Positions 1 to 9,981 of a stretch of 64,000 bases of DNA are shown piece after piece. The stretch is from Rickettsiales bacterium. GTDB taxonomy: Bacteria > Pseudomonadota > Alphaproteobacteria > Rickettsiales > CANDYO01. The position numbers and the translations under genes were made by a program. The stretch covers positions 38,048 through 102,047 of the forward strand of contig JBASGW010000031.1 in assembly GCA_049653745.1 (NCBI GenBank), written 5' to 3'. Numbering within the stretch: position 1 is the first letter of the stretch; each line of letters opens with the position of its first letter. Under the pieces are notes generated by a model that did not search any database, was not told the DNA's origin, and was given only the letters and a program-made list of their open reading frames with translations.

Positions 1-22
1 TACCTTCAGATATGCAAAATTT

Positions 23-1585
23 ATGTCACGAATTAAATATAATTTAATCTTAATTATTTTAACGATCCTAGCTTTAATTGCTCCTGATTTTTTAAGTCAG
101 CTTGTCAGCGATAAAAACCATGCTGTTTTAAGTGGAAAGTTTATTATTGGCCTAAGCTTATTTTCAATTGCTTTGAGTTTTACTCCTAGGCTCTTTATTT
201 TAACCATTCTAACTCTATTTATTTTTATAGAAGTAATTCAATTTTGTAATTTATTTTATTACGGAACTTTAATAACATCTTCTAAATTTCGTCTTTTATT
301 CAGTGAAATTGATGAAGTCTGGTTAGTGGCTAAAGAAGCTGTTTCTTTTTTATACCTAGTACCTTTATTAATACTAATTCCTTATGGCACTCTTGCATTT
401 ATTGTTTATAAACTAGAAAAAACTAGAATAAAAAGCATCTGGGCCATAATTCCTGTATTATTACTTTTAGCTATTATTCCTTTTAGAGTAAGCAAGGCTT
501 ATCATGGAGAAAATTATTATCCAGATCCATCAGATCATTCTCTAAGAAATAGCTTATATGCAGTTACTAATTGTCTTTATAATTTAATTTACCCTGCGGC
601 TATCCCTGTAACTAATTATAAAGAATATCAAATAGAATCCATTAATAATTGGGACTTAGATAAAAACTCTAATATTATTCTTATAATTGGCGAAAGTGCA
701 AATTATAGTCATATGTCTTTATTTGGTTATGAAAGAGATACTAATCCTTTATTATCAACATTAAAAACATCTCCTAATTTTACTTACTTAAAAGGCCTTT
801 CAAGCGGTGTTTCAACACCTGTTTCATTAGCATATCTAATCAATAACATCTATGAACCAAATAATATGCAGGAAATAGAAAATAAAACTGCAAATTTATT
901 TAGACTAGCAAAACAACATGATTTCAAAACATTTTATATTTCTGCTCAATCTGGAGCATTTTTAACCAACATGGGGGTTGAATATATAGATTATAAATTA
1001 TTTAGAAATAATAGATTATTTTTGTTTAAAGAACATCAGGACGAAGCTCTATTGAAAATAATTCCTAATTTAGATTATACAGAGAAAAACTTTATAGTGA
1101 TTCATCAACGCAATGCCCATGCCCCTTATGAAGAAAATTACGAACATAATAGTAAATTCAATCACTTTGATGCTAACAAAGATAATTATCAGCAATTTAG
1201 AATAGATACCTATGATAATGCCACCCTTTACAATGACTTTTTAATCTATAAAATGATCCAATTTTATAAAGAAAAGTTTAACGGACCTACTTATATTTTT
1301 TTCACCTCAGATCATGGAGAAGTTTTAGATAGCAATAAAGTGGCATTTGGACATGCAGAATTAAAAAAAGAAGTAGCAGAAGTTCCTTTCTTAGCTTATA
1401 TAAAAAATGCGGCTAATGAAAAAATTAAGAATATTAAAGAACCTATTTTCCATTATGAAATAAGTAATTTAATTATAGAACTTATGGGCTTTAAAATAAT
1501 TAACCCTAATCAAAAACCTAATATTTTTTATATCCATGGTACAGAGTTAGATGGACATAATGAATTTATAGAATATCATAAATAA
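23..1585 (+). CDS. Phosphoethanolamine transferase / sulfatase-family inner-membrane protein (EptA/LptA-like)
   Basis: 520-aa ORF. The N-terminal ~170 aa are very hydrophobic (several TM helices). The C-terminal alkaline-phosphatase/sulfatase-type domain has the motifs IIGESANYSHMSLFGY, HQRNAHAPY and FFTSDHGE. Confidence 0.75.
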   Translation: MSRIKYNLILIILTILALIAPDFLSQLVSDKNHAVLSGKFIIGLSLFSIALSFTPRLFILTILTLFIFIEVIQFCNLFYYGTLITSSKFRLLFSEIDEVWLVAKEAVSFLYLVPLLILIPYGTLAFIVYKLEKTRIKSIWAIIPVLLLLAIIPFRVSKAYHGENYYPDPSDHSLRNSLYAVTNCLYNLIYPAAIPVTNYKEYQIESINNWDLDKNSNIILIIGESANYSHMSLFGYERDTNPLLSTLKTSPNFTYLKGLSSGVSTPVSLAYLINNIYEPNNMQEIENKTANLFRLAKQHDFKTFYISAQSGAFLTNMGVEYIDYKLFRNNRLFLFKEHQDEALLKIIPNLDYTEKNFIVIHQRNAHAPYEENYEHNSKFNHFDANKDNYQQFRIDTYDNATLYNDFLIYKMIQFYKEKFNGPTYIFFTSDHGEVLDSNKVAFGHAELKKEVAEVPFLAYIKNAANEKIKNIKEPIFHYEISNLIIELMGFKIINPNQKPNIFYIHGTELDGHNEFIEYHK

Positions 1586-1613
1586 TATATTATTAGTAAA
1601 GAAGAGAGAAAAC

Positions 1614-3896
1614 ATGACAAATAAAAAACATGAAGAAATACAACAAATTACAGATCACGATGCTTTAGAATTTCATGCTCAGGGAACCCCTGGAAAAGTT
1701 AGTTTAAAACCAACAAAATCTCTTTTAACTCAGCGCGACCTAGCTTTAGCTTATTCTCCAGGCGTTGCTGTGCCTTGCCTCCGTATCCATAAAAATCCTG
1801 CAGATGCTTATCTTTATACTGCAAAAGGAAACTATGTTGCTGTAATTTCAAATGGCACCGCTGTTCTAGGCCTTGGTAATCTTGGATCTTTAGCTTCAAA
1901 GCCTGTAATGGAAGGAAAGTCAGTATTATTCAAACGCTTTGCTGATATTGACTCAGTTGATATTGAAGTTAGCACCGAAGATCCTGATGAATTTATTAAT
2001 TGTGTAAAATACTTAGGAAACACTTGGGGTGGTATAAATTTAGAAGATATTAAAGCTCCTGAATGCTTTATAATTGAAGATAAATTAAAAAAACTTCTTG
2101 ATATTCCAGTGTTTCATGACGACCAGCATGGTACAGCAATTATTACTTTAGCTGGCATTATAAACGCCTCTCATTTAACCAACCGAGATATCCAAAACTT
2201 AAAAATAGTTATTAATGGGGCTGGAGCCGCTGGTATTGCTTGCGCTGACTTATTAAAAACTTTTGGTGTTAAAAATGATAATATCATTCTTTGTGATACT
2301 TCTGGCGTTATCTATAAAGGCCGTGAAAAGGGTATGAATAAATGGAAAGAAGAATTTGCCATTAACACCTCTCATAGAACTTTAAGCGATGCAATGAAAG
2401 ATGCTGATGTATTTATTGGTTTATCAGTAAAAGGCGCTCTTTCAAAAGAAATGGTGGCATCCATGGCTAAAAATCCTATAATTTTTGCTCTTGCCAATCC
2501 CGATCCTGAAATTACTCCTAAAGAAGTAAGGGAAGTAAGAAGCGATGCAATAATCGCCACTGGTCGCTCAGACTATAGTAATCAAGTAAATAATGTTATG
2601 GGCTTTCCTTATATATTCAGAGGGGCTTTAGATGTTCAGGCATCCACTATTAATACAGAAATGAAAATAGCTGCAGCAAAAGCCATTGCAGCATTAGCCA
2701 GAGAACATGTGCCAGAAGAAGTTTCTTCTGCATATTCAGGTAGAACTTTAAAATATGGTTCAGATTACATTATTCCTGTACCTTTTGATTTTAGATTGAT
2801 CACTACAGTTCCTACAGCTGTGGCTGTTGCCGCAACTGAAACTGGCGTTGCTAGAAAGCCATTACTAGATGTTGAAAGCTATAAAACAGAATTAGAGTCC
2901 CGCTTAAATCCAACTTACAGCAGAATGAGTTTCGTCTATGGTCAAGTAAAAGCTAATCCTAAGCGAATTATTTTCTCTGAAGGAGAAGAAGAACAAGTTG
3001 TTCGTGCAGCTTTATTATGGCGTGACCAAGGCTATGGAACTCCTCTTTTAGTGGGAAGAGAAAAAAATGTTCGTAATATGCTTAAATATATTACTAATTC
3101 AGAAGAAGTTGAAGGAGTGGAAATTTGGAATGCCACAACAATTGCTGAAGAAAAACTTAATCATTATATAAATTATATATACAATAATAATAAACGTAAG
3201 GGTATGCTTCATCGCGATGCAGTTAGGTTGGTTAAAGGAGCTCGTAATAACTTTGCTTCCTGTATTTTGGCTTGTGGTGACGGAGATGCACTTATAACTG
3301 GATTAACTAGAGGATATCATATGTCCTTGCAAGAAGTGCGCAGCGTTATTGACACAAAGAAAAATCATATTGCTTTTGGCCTATCTATGATGATCTTTGG
3401 TCGTAAAACTATTTTCATTGCTGATAGCTCAGTTAACGAATCTCCAACCGCAGAAGAACTTGCAAAAATAACTATTCAAGCCGCAAAAAAAATAGAAAGC
3501 TTAGGCTATAAAGCAAGAGCAGCCTTTTTATCCTTCTCAAATTTTGGTAACCCTACAGCCGTTCGCAATGAGCATGTAAAAGGGGCAATAGAAATTTTAG
3601 ACTCAATGAATGTAGATTTTGAATATGATGGAGAAATGACAGCTGATATTGCAGTAAATCATAAGCTTATGTCAGAATTATATCCATTTAGTAGACTTAC
3701 AGGGGAAGCAAATTTACTAATTATGCCAGCCTTAAACTCAGCCAATATTTCAACTCAATTACTGAAATCTTTAGGTGGAGGAGTGGTTATAGGTCCTATT
3801 CTTAATGGTTTAGAAAAATCAGTACAAGTAATTCCTATGGGATCAACTGTTAATGATATTTTAAATCTTGCTGCTTTTGCCGCTATTGATAGTTAA
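1614..3896 (+). CDS. maeB: NADP-dependent malic enzyme (malic enzyme domain fused to a PTA-like C-terminal domain)
   Basis: 760 aa. The N-terminus ALEFHAQGTPGKVSLKPTKSLLTQRDLALAYSPGVAVPC matches the MaeB signature, GAGAAGIACADLL is the Rossmann motif, and a long phosphate-acetyltransferase-like C-terminal half is present. Confidence 0.9.
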   Translation: MTNKKHEEIQQITDHDALEFHAQGTPGKVSLKPTKSLLTQRDLALAYSPGVAVPCLRIHKNPADAYLYTAKGNYVAVISNGTAVLGLGNLGSLASKPVMEGKSVLFKRFADIDSVDIEVSTEDPDEFINCVKYLGNTWGGINLEDIKAPECFIIEDKLKKLLDIPVFHDDQHGTAIITLAGIINASHLTNRDIQNLKIVINGAGAAGIACADLLKTFGVKNDNIILCDTSGVIYKGREKGMNKWKEEFAINTSHRTLSDAMKDADVFIGLSVKGALSKEMVASMAKNPIIFALANPDPEITPKEVREVRSDAIIATGRSDYSNQVNNVMGFPYIFRGALDVQASTINTEMKIAAAKAIAALAREHVPEEVSSAYSGRTLKYGSDYIIPVPFDFRLITTVPTAVAVAATETGVARKPLLDVESYKTELESRLNPTYSRMSFVYGQVKANPKRIIFSEGEEEQVVRAALLWRDQGYGTPLLVGREKNVRNMLKYITNSEEVEGVEIWNATTIAEEKLNHYINYIYNNNKRKGMLHRDAVRLVKGARNNFASCILACGDGDALITGLTRGYHMSLQEVRSVIDTKKNHIAFGLSMMIFGRKTIFIADSSVNESPTAEELAKITIQAAKKIESLGYKARAAFLSFSNFGNPTAVRNEHVKGAIEILDSMNVDFEYDGEMTADIAVNHKLMSELYPFSRLTGEANLLIMPALNSANISTQLLKSLGGGVVIGPILNGLEKSVQVIPMGSTVNDILNLAAFAAIDS

Positions 3897-3900
3897 AAAA

Positions 3901-4638
3901 ATGAATGATTCGGTCTTAAGTATAAAAAACCTATCAGTTGTAATAGATAAAAAACTAATTTTATCTGATATAAACTTTGATATACCTAAGGCCAAAATCA
4001 TTACCTTAATTGGGCCTAATGGAAGTGGGAAAAGCACCATAGCACGCTGTATTTTAAAGCTAATTAAGCCAAGCAGTGGTGAAATTTTAATAAAAGATGG
4101 AATAAAAATAGGCTATATGCCACAAAAAGTTTTGTTAAATTCTAATCTTCCTATAAAGGTAGTTACTTTTCTTCAATTAGAAACCAGATATAAAATAGAC
4201 ACCACTTTATTTAAGCAAGTTGTAGAAGAAGTTAATATAGGCAATATCTTAGAGCTTCCTTTACAAAAAATTTCTGGAGGGGAGTTACAAAAAGTGCTTT
4301 TAGCCAGAACTTTATTAATAAAACCAAATTTATTGATTCTTGATGAACCAACTCAAGGAATTGATATTAACGGTCAGCTTGAATTTTATAAATTGATTGA
4401 AAAACTATGTAAAGAAAAAGGCCTTAGCATTTTATTGATTTCTCATGATTTACATATGGTTATGAAAAGCACAGATTATGTTATCTGTCTTAATAAGCAT
4501 ATTTGTTGTGAAGGAACGGCAACTTATATTAATAAACAAAATGACTTTCATAAATTATTTGGTCATGAAGCTTTAACTGCTTTTTCAGTGTATGAACATC
4601 ACCATGATCATACACATGAAAAATCTTTAGATAATTAA
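3901..4638 (+). CDS. znuC: Zinc-import ABC transporter ATP-binding protein
   Basis: Walker A GPNGSGKST, ABC signature ISGGELQK, Walker B LLILDEP, and a His-rich C-terminal tail YEHHHDHTHE. I placed the start at the ATG at 3901 (MNDSVLSIKNL) rather than the ORF-track start at 3868, which overlaps maeB. Confidence 0.8.
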   Translation: MNDSVLSIKNLSVVIDKKLILSDINFDIPKAKIITLIGPNGSGKSTIARCILKLIKPSSGEILIKDGIKIGYMPQKVLLNSNLPIKVVTFLQLETRYKIDTTLFKQVVEEVNIGNILELPLQKISGGELQKVLLARTLLIKPNLLILDEPTQGIDINGQLEFYKLIEKLCKEKGLSILLISHDLHMVMKSTDYVICLNKHICCEGTATYINKQNDFHKLFGHEALTAFSVYEHHHDHTHEKSLDN

Positions 4639-5631
4639 CTATAACTCAACATCTAAATTGGCACTTGGAGTAGCTAAAGAAGTATCATGAAACGGATTTA
4701 AAGCCGCGATCTCATTGAAATATTCATTTAACATTGTTGAATTAGAAACTATTTCTTTTACATCTCTAATAACTGCTCCTGTAAAATCTTGCCCCGCTCT
4801 GGTTGGAGTTCCTAAAGAATAAGCATTAATCGTTTCAGTAATAAATTTAGCAGACCAATCAACAGTTGTTGTTAAACCCAATACTATAGGTGTTCTGTAA
4901 TCCCAACCAAACATAGTAAAACTTTTTACTGCTTTACTATATATATCATCTTTAGGTTCAAAAGGTATATTGCCTCCTAGAAAGATAGCTATTGTATTGT
5001 CAATACCACAAGCTACATCCCTTATCCATTCTATATAACCTAATTTCTTAACCACCTCACCTAACTGGTCAGACGTTGTAGTTTTTACTAAAGATTCACC
5101 AGTTGCTTCGGCCCACCAAGCATTATCTGAGTCTTCTAAAAGGAATCTCCAGTAAGATTTGGCTGCTTTTTCAGGATTAGATTTTTCAAATCTTTGTTTT
5201 TCTCTTGTAGCTATATTCAAATATCTGTTAGGAACTTCACAAATATAATTAGCACCTCTTGCTACTGTTTCAAATTCTACTCCTTGAGTAAAATATGAAA
5301 ATTGATGCGTTGAAAGAATACTGCCCTTACATGTAACTTTTATTGCATGCGACCATAAAAACCCTTCGTCATACACTACATCTGTATAACCCAAAGTATT
5401 TTTATTATACACGTTAGCATAAATGCTAGGCAGTTTTGAAACATCTCTAAAAATAGCTGAAGCCGTTGGATTGTCACCAAACCATATTTTAAATCTTCCT
5501 AAAAATGTATCAAAAGTTGCTTGTGATGCACTAGAAACTATCACTTCATTAAAGTTTGGAAGGCGCTTACCAGAAAAAGTTATCGGGTCAGAAATTATGC
5601 TTAATGTCGTATCTTTATTTTTTGTTTGCAT
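4639..5631 (-). CDS. Hypothetical protein, no recognisable motif
   Basis: Uninterrupted 330-aa ORF with no signal peptide or TM segment. It is convergent with znuC and directly abuts its stop codon. I recognise no family signature. Confidence 0.5.
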   Translation of the reverse strand: MQTKNKDTTLSIISDPITFSGKRLPNFNEVIVSSASQATFDTFLGRFKIWFGDNPTASAIFRDVSKLPSIYANVYNKNTLGYTDVVYDEGFLWSHAIKVTCKGSILSTHQFSYFTQGVEFETVARGANYICEVPNRYLNIATREKQRFEKSNPEKAAKSYWRFLLEDSDNAWWAEATGESLVKTTTSDQLGEVVKKLGYIEWIRDVACGIDNTIAIFLGGNIPFEPKDDIYSKAVKSFTMFGWDYRTPIVLGLTTTVDWSAKFITETINAYSLGTPTRAGQDFTGAVIRDVKEIVSNSTMLNEYFNEIAALNPFHDTSLATPSANLDVEL

Positions 5632-5800
5632 AGGAGTATTCCAACATTTAAATGGTTATAAAAATTTATCGGAATAGTAATCATATTTTCCTAAAGAAAG
5701 CAATCATTATTAATTTTTATTAGAATGTTAAATCTATTTATTTTTAATTAAAATTTGTTATAGTGGAGCTAAATATTAAAATATTCGAGGTATTAATTTT

Positions 5801-7477
5801 ATGTCATCTTATCAATATATTTACGTTATAAAAGGTTTAAAAAAGCTATACGGCACTCGCGAAATAATTAAAGATTTATATCTATCATTTTTTCCTGGAG
5901 CAAAAATAGGTATTATTGGTCATAATGGTTCGGGTAAATCTACATTACTAAAAATAATGGCTGGCATAGATAAAGATTTCACCGGTGAAGCATGGGCAGC
6001 AGAAGGAACCAAAATTGGTTATCTTGCTCAAGAACCGCAATTAGATAACAGTAAAAATGTTTTTGAGAACATCCTTGAATCAATAGGTGAAAAGAAGGAT
6101 TTACTCTATAAATTTAATGAAATCAGCGCAAGATTTGCTGAAGAATTATCAGATGATGAGATGAATGACCTTATTGCCGAGCAAGGGGAGTTACAAGAAA
6201 AAATAGATCATTTAAATGCCTGGGATCTAGAGCGTGAAATTGAAATAGCTATGGCTGCTTTAAGATGCCCGGCTAAAGATGCAAATGTTGCTGAACTATC
6301 TGGCGGTGAAAAAAGAAGGGTAGCTTTATGTAAATTACTTCTATCAGCACCGGATATTTTATTGCTAGATGAACCCACCAACCATTTAGATGCAGAATCA
6401 ATTTCTTGGCTTGAAGAATATTTAAAAAATTATAAAGGCACCGTAATTTTAGTCACTCACGATCGCTATTTCTTAGATACCGTGGTTGACTGGATTCTAG
6501 AATTAGAACGTGGCGATGGCATTCCTTGGAAGGGTAATTATTCTTCATGGCTAGAACAAAAACAAAAACGTTTAGCTGAAGAAGAAAAATCTGAATCTAG
6601 CAGACAAAAACAATTGAAAGAAGAGCTTGAATGGGTAAGACAATCACCAAAAGCTAGACAAGCTAAAAGCAAAGCAAGAATCACTGCTTATGAACAATTG
6701 CGTGATAAAGAGCGTGAAAAATCGATGGGTGTTGCCCAAATCATTATTCCAGATGGTCCAAGATTAGGTAATAATGTTATTGAAGGAATAAATTTAAGTA
6801 AAAGTTATGATGGAAAAGATTTATTTAAAGATTTCAATTTTAAAATTGTACCTGGAGCTATTGTTGGAATTATTGGCCCCAATGGTGTGGGTAAAACCAC
6901 TCTTTTCCGCTTAATCACTGGCCAAGAAACAGCAGATGAAGGAAGCATCAAGCTAGGTGAATCAGTAAAATTAGGTTATGTTGATCAATCCAGAGATAAT
7001 CTTAAAGCTGGGGCTACAGTTTGGGAAGAAATTTCAGAAGGACAAGAAGAAATTCAGCTAGGCAAATCTTTAGTTAAAAGTAGAGCTTATTGTGGAGCCT
7101 TTAACTTTAAAGGTGGCGACCAACAAAAATTAGTTGGCTCTCTTTCTGGTGGAGAACGTAATAGAGTTCATCTGGCTAAAATGCTTAAAGAAGGCGCTAA
7201 TGTTATTTTATTAGACGAACCAACTAATGATTTAGATGTTGACACCTTACGCGCGCTAGAAGATGCATTACTTGAATTTTCTGGCTGCGCCATTATCATA
7301 AGCCATGACCGTTGGTTCTTAGATAGAATAGCCACTCATATCATCTCTTATGAAAAAGATCATGTAGAATTTTATGAAGGCAATTACCAAGATTATGATC
7401 AAGATCGTCGGATGAGATTGGGCTTAACCGAAGATGAAGTAGAAAAATATAAACATAAAAAATTTAGTCGAACATAA
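5801..7477 (+). CDS. ettA: Energy-dependent translational throttle protein (ABC-F ATPase)
   Basis: 558 aa with two ABC cassettes (GHNGSGKST / LSGGEKRR and GPNGVGKTT / LSGGERNR). The N-terminal LSFFPGAKIGIIGHNGSGKSTLLKIMAGIDKDFTGEA is typical of EttA. Confidence 0.9.
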   Translation: MSSYQYIYVIKGLKKLYGTREIIKDLYLSFFPGAKIGIIGHNGSGKSTLLKIMAGIDKDFTGEAWAAEGTKIGYLAQEPQLDNSKNVFENILESIGEKKDLLYKFNEISARFAEELSDDEMNDLIAEQGELQEKIDHLNAWDLEREIEIAMAALRCPAKDANVAELSGGEKRRVALCKLLLSAPDILLLDEPTNHLDAESISWLEEYLKNYKGTVILVTHDRYFLDTVVDWILELERGDGIPWKGNYSSWLEQKQKRLAEEEKSESSRQKQLKEELEWVRQSPKARQAKSKARITAYEQLRDKEREKSMGVAQIIIPDGPRLGNNVIEGINLSKSYDGKDLFKDFNFKIVPGAIVGIIGPNGVGKTTLFRLITGQETADEGSIKLGESVKLGYVDQSRDNLKAGATVWEEISEGQEEIQLGKSLVKSRAYCGAFNFKGGDQQKLVGSLSGGERNRVHLAKMLKEGANVILLDEPTNDLDVDTLRALEDALLEFSGCAIIISHDRWFLDRIATHIISYEKDHVEFYEGNYQDYDQDRRMRLGLTEDEVEKYKHKKFSRT

Positions 7478-7492
7478 TCGGGAGATTTAAAA

Positions 7493-7687
7493 ATGGGTGT
7501 TAGTTTTGTTAATGTATTAATAATATTATTTATTATATTAATTCTATTTGGCGCAGGTAAATTACCTAAAGTTTTAGGAGATTTGGGCAAAGGCATTAAA
7601 AACTTTAAAGATGCTTTGAACGAAGAAGATTCAGCAAAGCCTTCAAAAATAGAAGAAGAAAAACCTAATGATAAAACTTTAAACTAA
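7493..7687 (+). CDS. tatA: Twin-arginine translocase subunit TatA/E
   Basis: 64 aa with one N-terminal TM helix followed by the amphipathic FGAGKLPKVLGDLGKGIKNFKDAL. A GGGAG RBS lies upstream. Confidence 0.85.
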   Translation: MGVSFVNVLIILFIILILFGAGKLPKVLGDLGKGIKNFKDALNEEDSAKPSKIEEEKPNDKTLN

Positions 7688-7688
7688 G

Positions 7689-8486
7689 ATGACCTCTATG
7701 TTAATAGACTCTCATTGTCACTTAGATTTTGAAGATTTTTCTCAAGATTTTGAAGATGTCTTAGCTAGAGCTAAAGCTAATAATGTTAGCTTAATGCAAA
7801 CTATTTCAACTAAGGTTACAGAATTTCCTAAGCTAAAAAAACTTATAGAAGCTTACCCACAGCTTTATGCTTCAATAGGCATTCATCCACATGAAGTGGA
7901 TGAACATCCGGAGATTTCTGTAGATCAATTATTTGAATATACTAAACATCCTAAAGTTATTGGAATTGGTGAAACAGGTTTAGATCTTTACTATAACCAT
8001 AGCGATGTAGAAAAACAAAAAGATTATTTTCTTCGCCATATTGAAGTTTCCCATTTAAGCTCTCTTCCCTTAATAATTCATACGCGCAGCGCTGACCCGT
8101 TAACTATAGAAATATTAACCCAAGCTAAGTCTAAGTATAACTATAGCGGATTAATTCATTGCTTCAGTTCAGAAAGCATTGATTTTGCTAAAAGCTGCTT
8201 AGACTTAGGGCTATATATCTCTATTTCTGGAATAGTAACCTTCAAAAAAGCTTTAGCATTGCAAGAAGTTGTTAAATTTGTACCCTTAGACCGACTTTTG
8301 ATAGAAACTGATTCTCCTTATTTAGCTCCTGTTCCTTTTAGAGGCAAACGTAACGAACCATCTTTTGTAAAACATGTAGCAGAAATGGTGGCAGATTTAA
8401 AAGAAATTTCCTTTCAAGAGGTAGCAGATCAAACTACAGAAAATTTCTTTACATTATTTTCTAAAGCCAAAAAAATAGAAGAGTAA
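7689..8486 (+). CDS. tatD: TatD-family metal-dependent hydrolase/DNase
   Basis: The N-terminal IDSHCHLDF, IGETGLDLYY, and the later HTR and ETDSPYLAP motifs are characteristic of TatD/YcfH. Confidence 0.85.
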   Translation: MTSMLIDSHCHLDFEDFSQDFEDVLARAKANNVSLMQTISTKVTEFPKLKKLIEAYPQLYASIGIHPHEVDEHPEISVDQLFEYTKHPKVIGIGETGLDLYYNHSDVEKQKDYFLRHIEVSHLSSLPLIIHTRSADPLTIEILTQAKSKYNYSGLIHCFSSESIDFAKSCLDLGLYISISGIVTFKKALALQEVVKFVPLDRLLIETDSPYLAPVPFRGKRNEPSFVKHVAEMVADLKEISFQEVADQTTENFFTLFSKAKKIEE

Positions 8487-8489
8487 AAC

Positions 8490-9269
8490 TTAACTAATTG
8501 GCCTTAATATAACTCCTCTTATTTGCTTTGAGCTATCTGTTTCTTTATTAAGTTGAACAAGATTAAATAAATCCTCAGCTTTTTTCTTATCTTTTTTAAC
8601 TCCAAGGCCTTTAAGATATAACTCTGCAAGCTTCTTTTGTGCTTTAACAAAATTTTTATTAGATGCTAGTTTGTAAAACTTTGCAGCAAGTGTATAATTC
8701 TGCTCAACATCTTCTCCTTCCTCATATAATTTTCCAAGACTATATTCGGCATAAGAAGAATTTTGTTTTGCCGCAAGTTCAAGATACTTTACAGCCATAT
8801 TTATATTTTTAGGATAGGAAATGCCTTTTTTATAGAGCATGGCTAAATGAATTAAACCATCAACATCATTTTTATCTGCTAAAATTTTAGTAATCCTTGC
8901 TGACTCTTTATAATCCTTAACGGTTCCAAGACCTAAATAATATAATTCTCCAAGATTATACAAAGCATTTATATGATTTTTTTCTGCTGCTAATTTAAAA
9001 AACTTAAATGCTTGCTCATAATTTTGCATGACCCCATATCCATAAAAATAATATACACCTAAATTATATTGAGCATCTACATAACCTTGGTCTGCAAGTA
9101 ATTTTGTTATTTTAAAGGATTCAATTAACTTATCTTCTTCATATAATTTAAGCGAAAGATTAAACTCTTTCTTAAAAATTTCTTGGTTCTTTTCACCATC
9201 TGCTAGTAAAGCTAGAGGAGTTATAAAAAATAAAAATATACTAACTATTAGTTTTACGAAATTTTTCAT
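8490..9269 (-). CDS. Sel1-like (SLR/TPR-family) repeat protein with N-terminal signal peptide
   Basis: 259 aa. MKNFVKLIVSIFLFFITPLALLA is a signal-like N-terminus. It is followed by about five repeats of the Sel1 pattern (A.YNLG.YY..G.GV..NY..A...F.LAA). Confidence 0.75.
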   Translation of the reverse strand: MKNFVKLIVSIFLFFITPLALLADGEKNQEIFKKEFNLSLKLYEEDKLIESFKITKLLADQGYVDAQYNLGVYYFYGYGVMQNYEQAFKFFKLAAEKNHINALYNLGELYYLGLGTVKDYKESARITKILADKNDVDGLIHLAMLYKKGISYPKNINMAVKYLELAAKQNSSYAEYSLGKLYEEGEDVEQNYTLAAKFYKLASNKNFVKAQKKLAELYLKGLGVKKDKKKAEDLFNLVQLNKETDSSKQIRGVILRPIS

Positions 9270-9449
9270 ATTTATCCTTAATGAAATTGGTTAGATTTGT
9301 ATTAGAGTTGAACATTTGTAATTTATTTTATAAATCTTCATACTTTATAAATCACATACTAAGTTAAGCTAATATTAATATCAAAAAAATTAGATCAGTA
9401 GCTTTCAAGATAGCAATATTCAATGATGGGAATAAAAAAATAGAAGCTT

Positions 9450-9911
9450 CTAATTGCAAATTTTATGGTTCTTTGTGGCTTTAGTTATAATAGTTTTACA
9501 CTTGTGCCTATCTAATAAGCGATATATTGATGTTTTATGCACAGTCTTTCCAATCTTATTTTCAATTCTTGCTTTAATCTCTTTAAAATTAAGTGATTTA
9601 CCTTGAGTAATTTCATTTTTAAAACTGCTTATCAAACTTAATTCATCGTCAATAGTTAACAATTCCTTCCTTCTACCACCCCATTTATTTATTTTTACAC
9701 TCTGTTCATTTTGAGCGAATTCTGCTCTTATTCTATAAATAGAAGATGGAGAATATTTAAAGAAATCAGCACATTTTTTGATACTAACACCTAATTCCTC
9801 AGGCATCATAATAGCGCTATATTTAATGTATTCATGTAAGTTACCGTCTAAATAACTTGTTTTTCTTTTTTGCTTACATTTAGCCAAGAGATTGCTCGTT
9901 AATAACAACAT
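9450..9911 (-). mobile_element. IS630-family transposase remnant (N-terminal HTH domain only)
   Basis: The 153-aa ORF resembles the winged-helix/HTH N-terminus of IS630/Tc1-type transposases (SPSSIYRIRAEF, WGGRRKELLT, KTSIYRLLDRH). No DDE catalytic domain follows, and I found no terminal inverted repeats. Confidence 0.55.
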
Positions 9912-9981
9912 AAAAACACCTATTTATATAAAAAATATTATATCAATATTCTTATTATGGACGCAACTATTATTGTCAACT

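Noticed and set aside
1699-2560. Three short minus-strand ORFs (62-66 aa) within maeB
   Set aside because: They are shadow ORFs opposite a confidently identified 760-aa malic enzyme gene.
3868-3900. Upstream extension of znuC overlapping the maeB 3' end
   Set aside because: The extension encodes only hydrophobic filler (MLLLPLLIVKK). The ATG at 3901 yields the typical ABC ATPase N-terminus right after the maeB stop.
5423-5677. 84-aa plus-strand ORF overlapping the start of the 330-aa orphan
   Set aside because: It is mostly antisense to the much longer ORF and much shorter than it. Neither has known motifs, so the longer uninterrupted frame is preferred.
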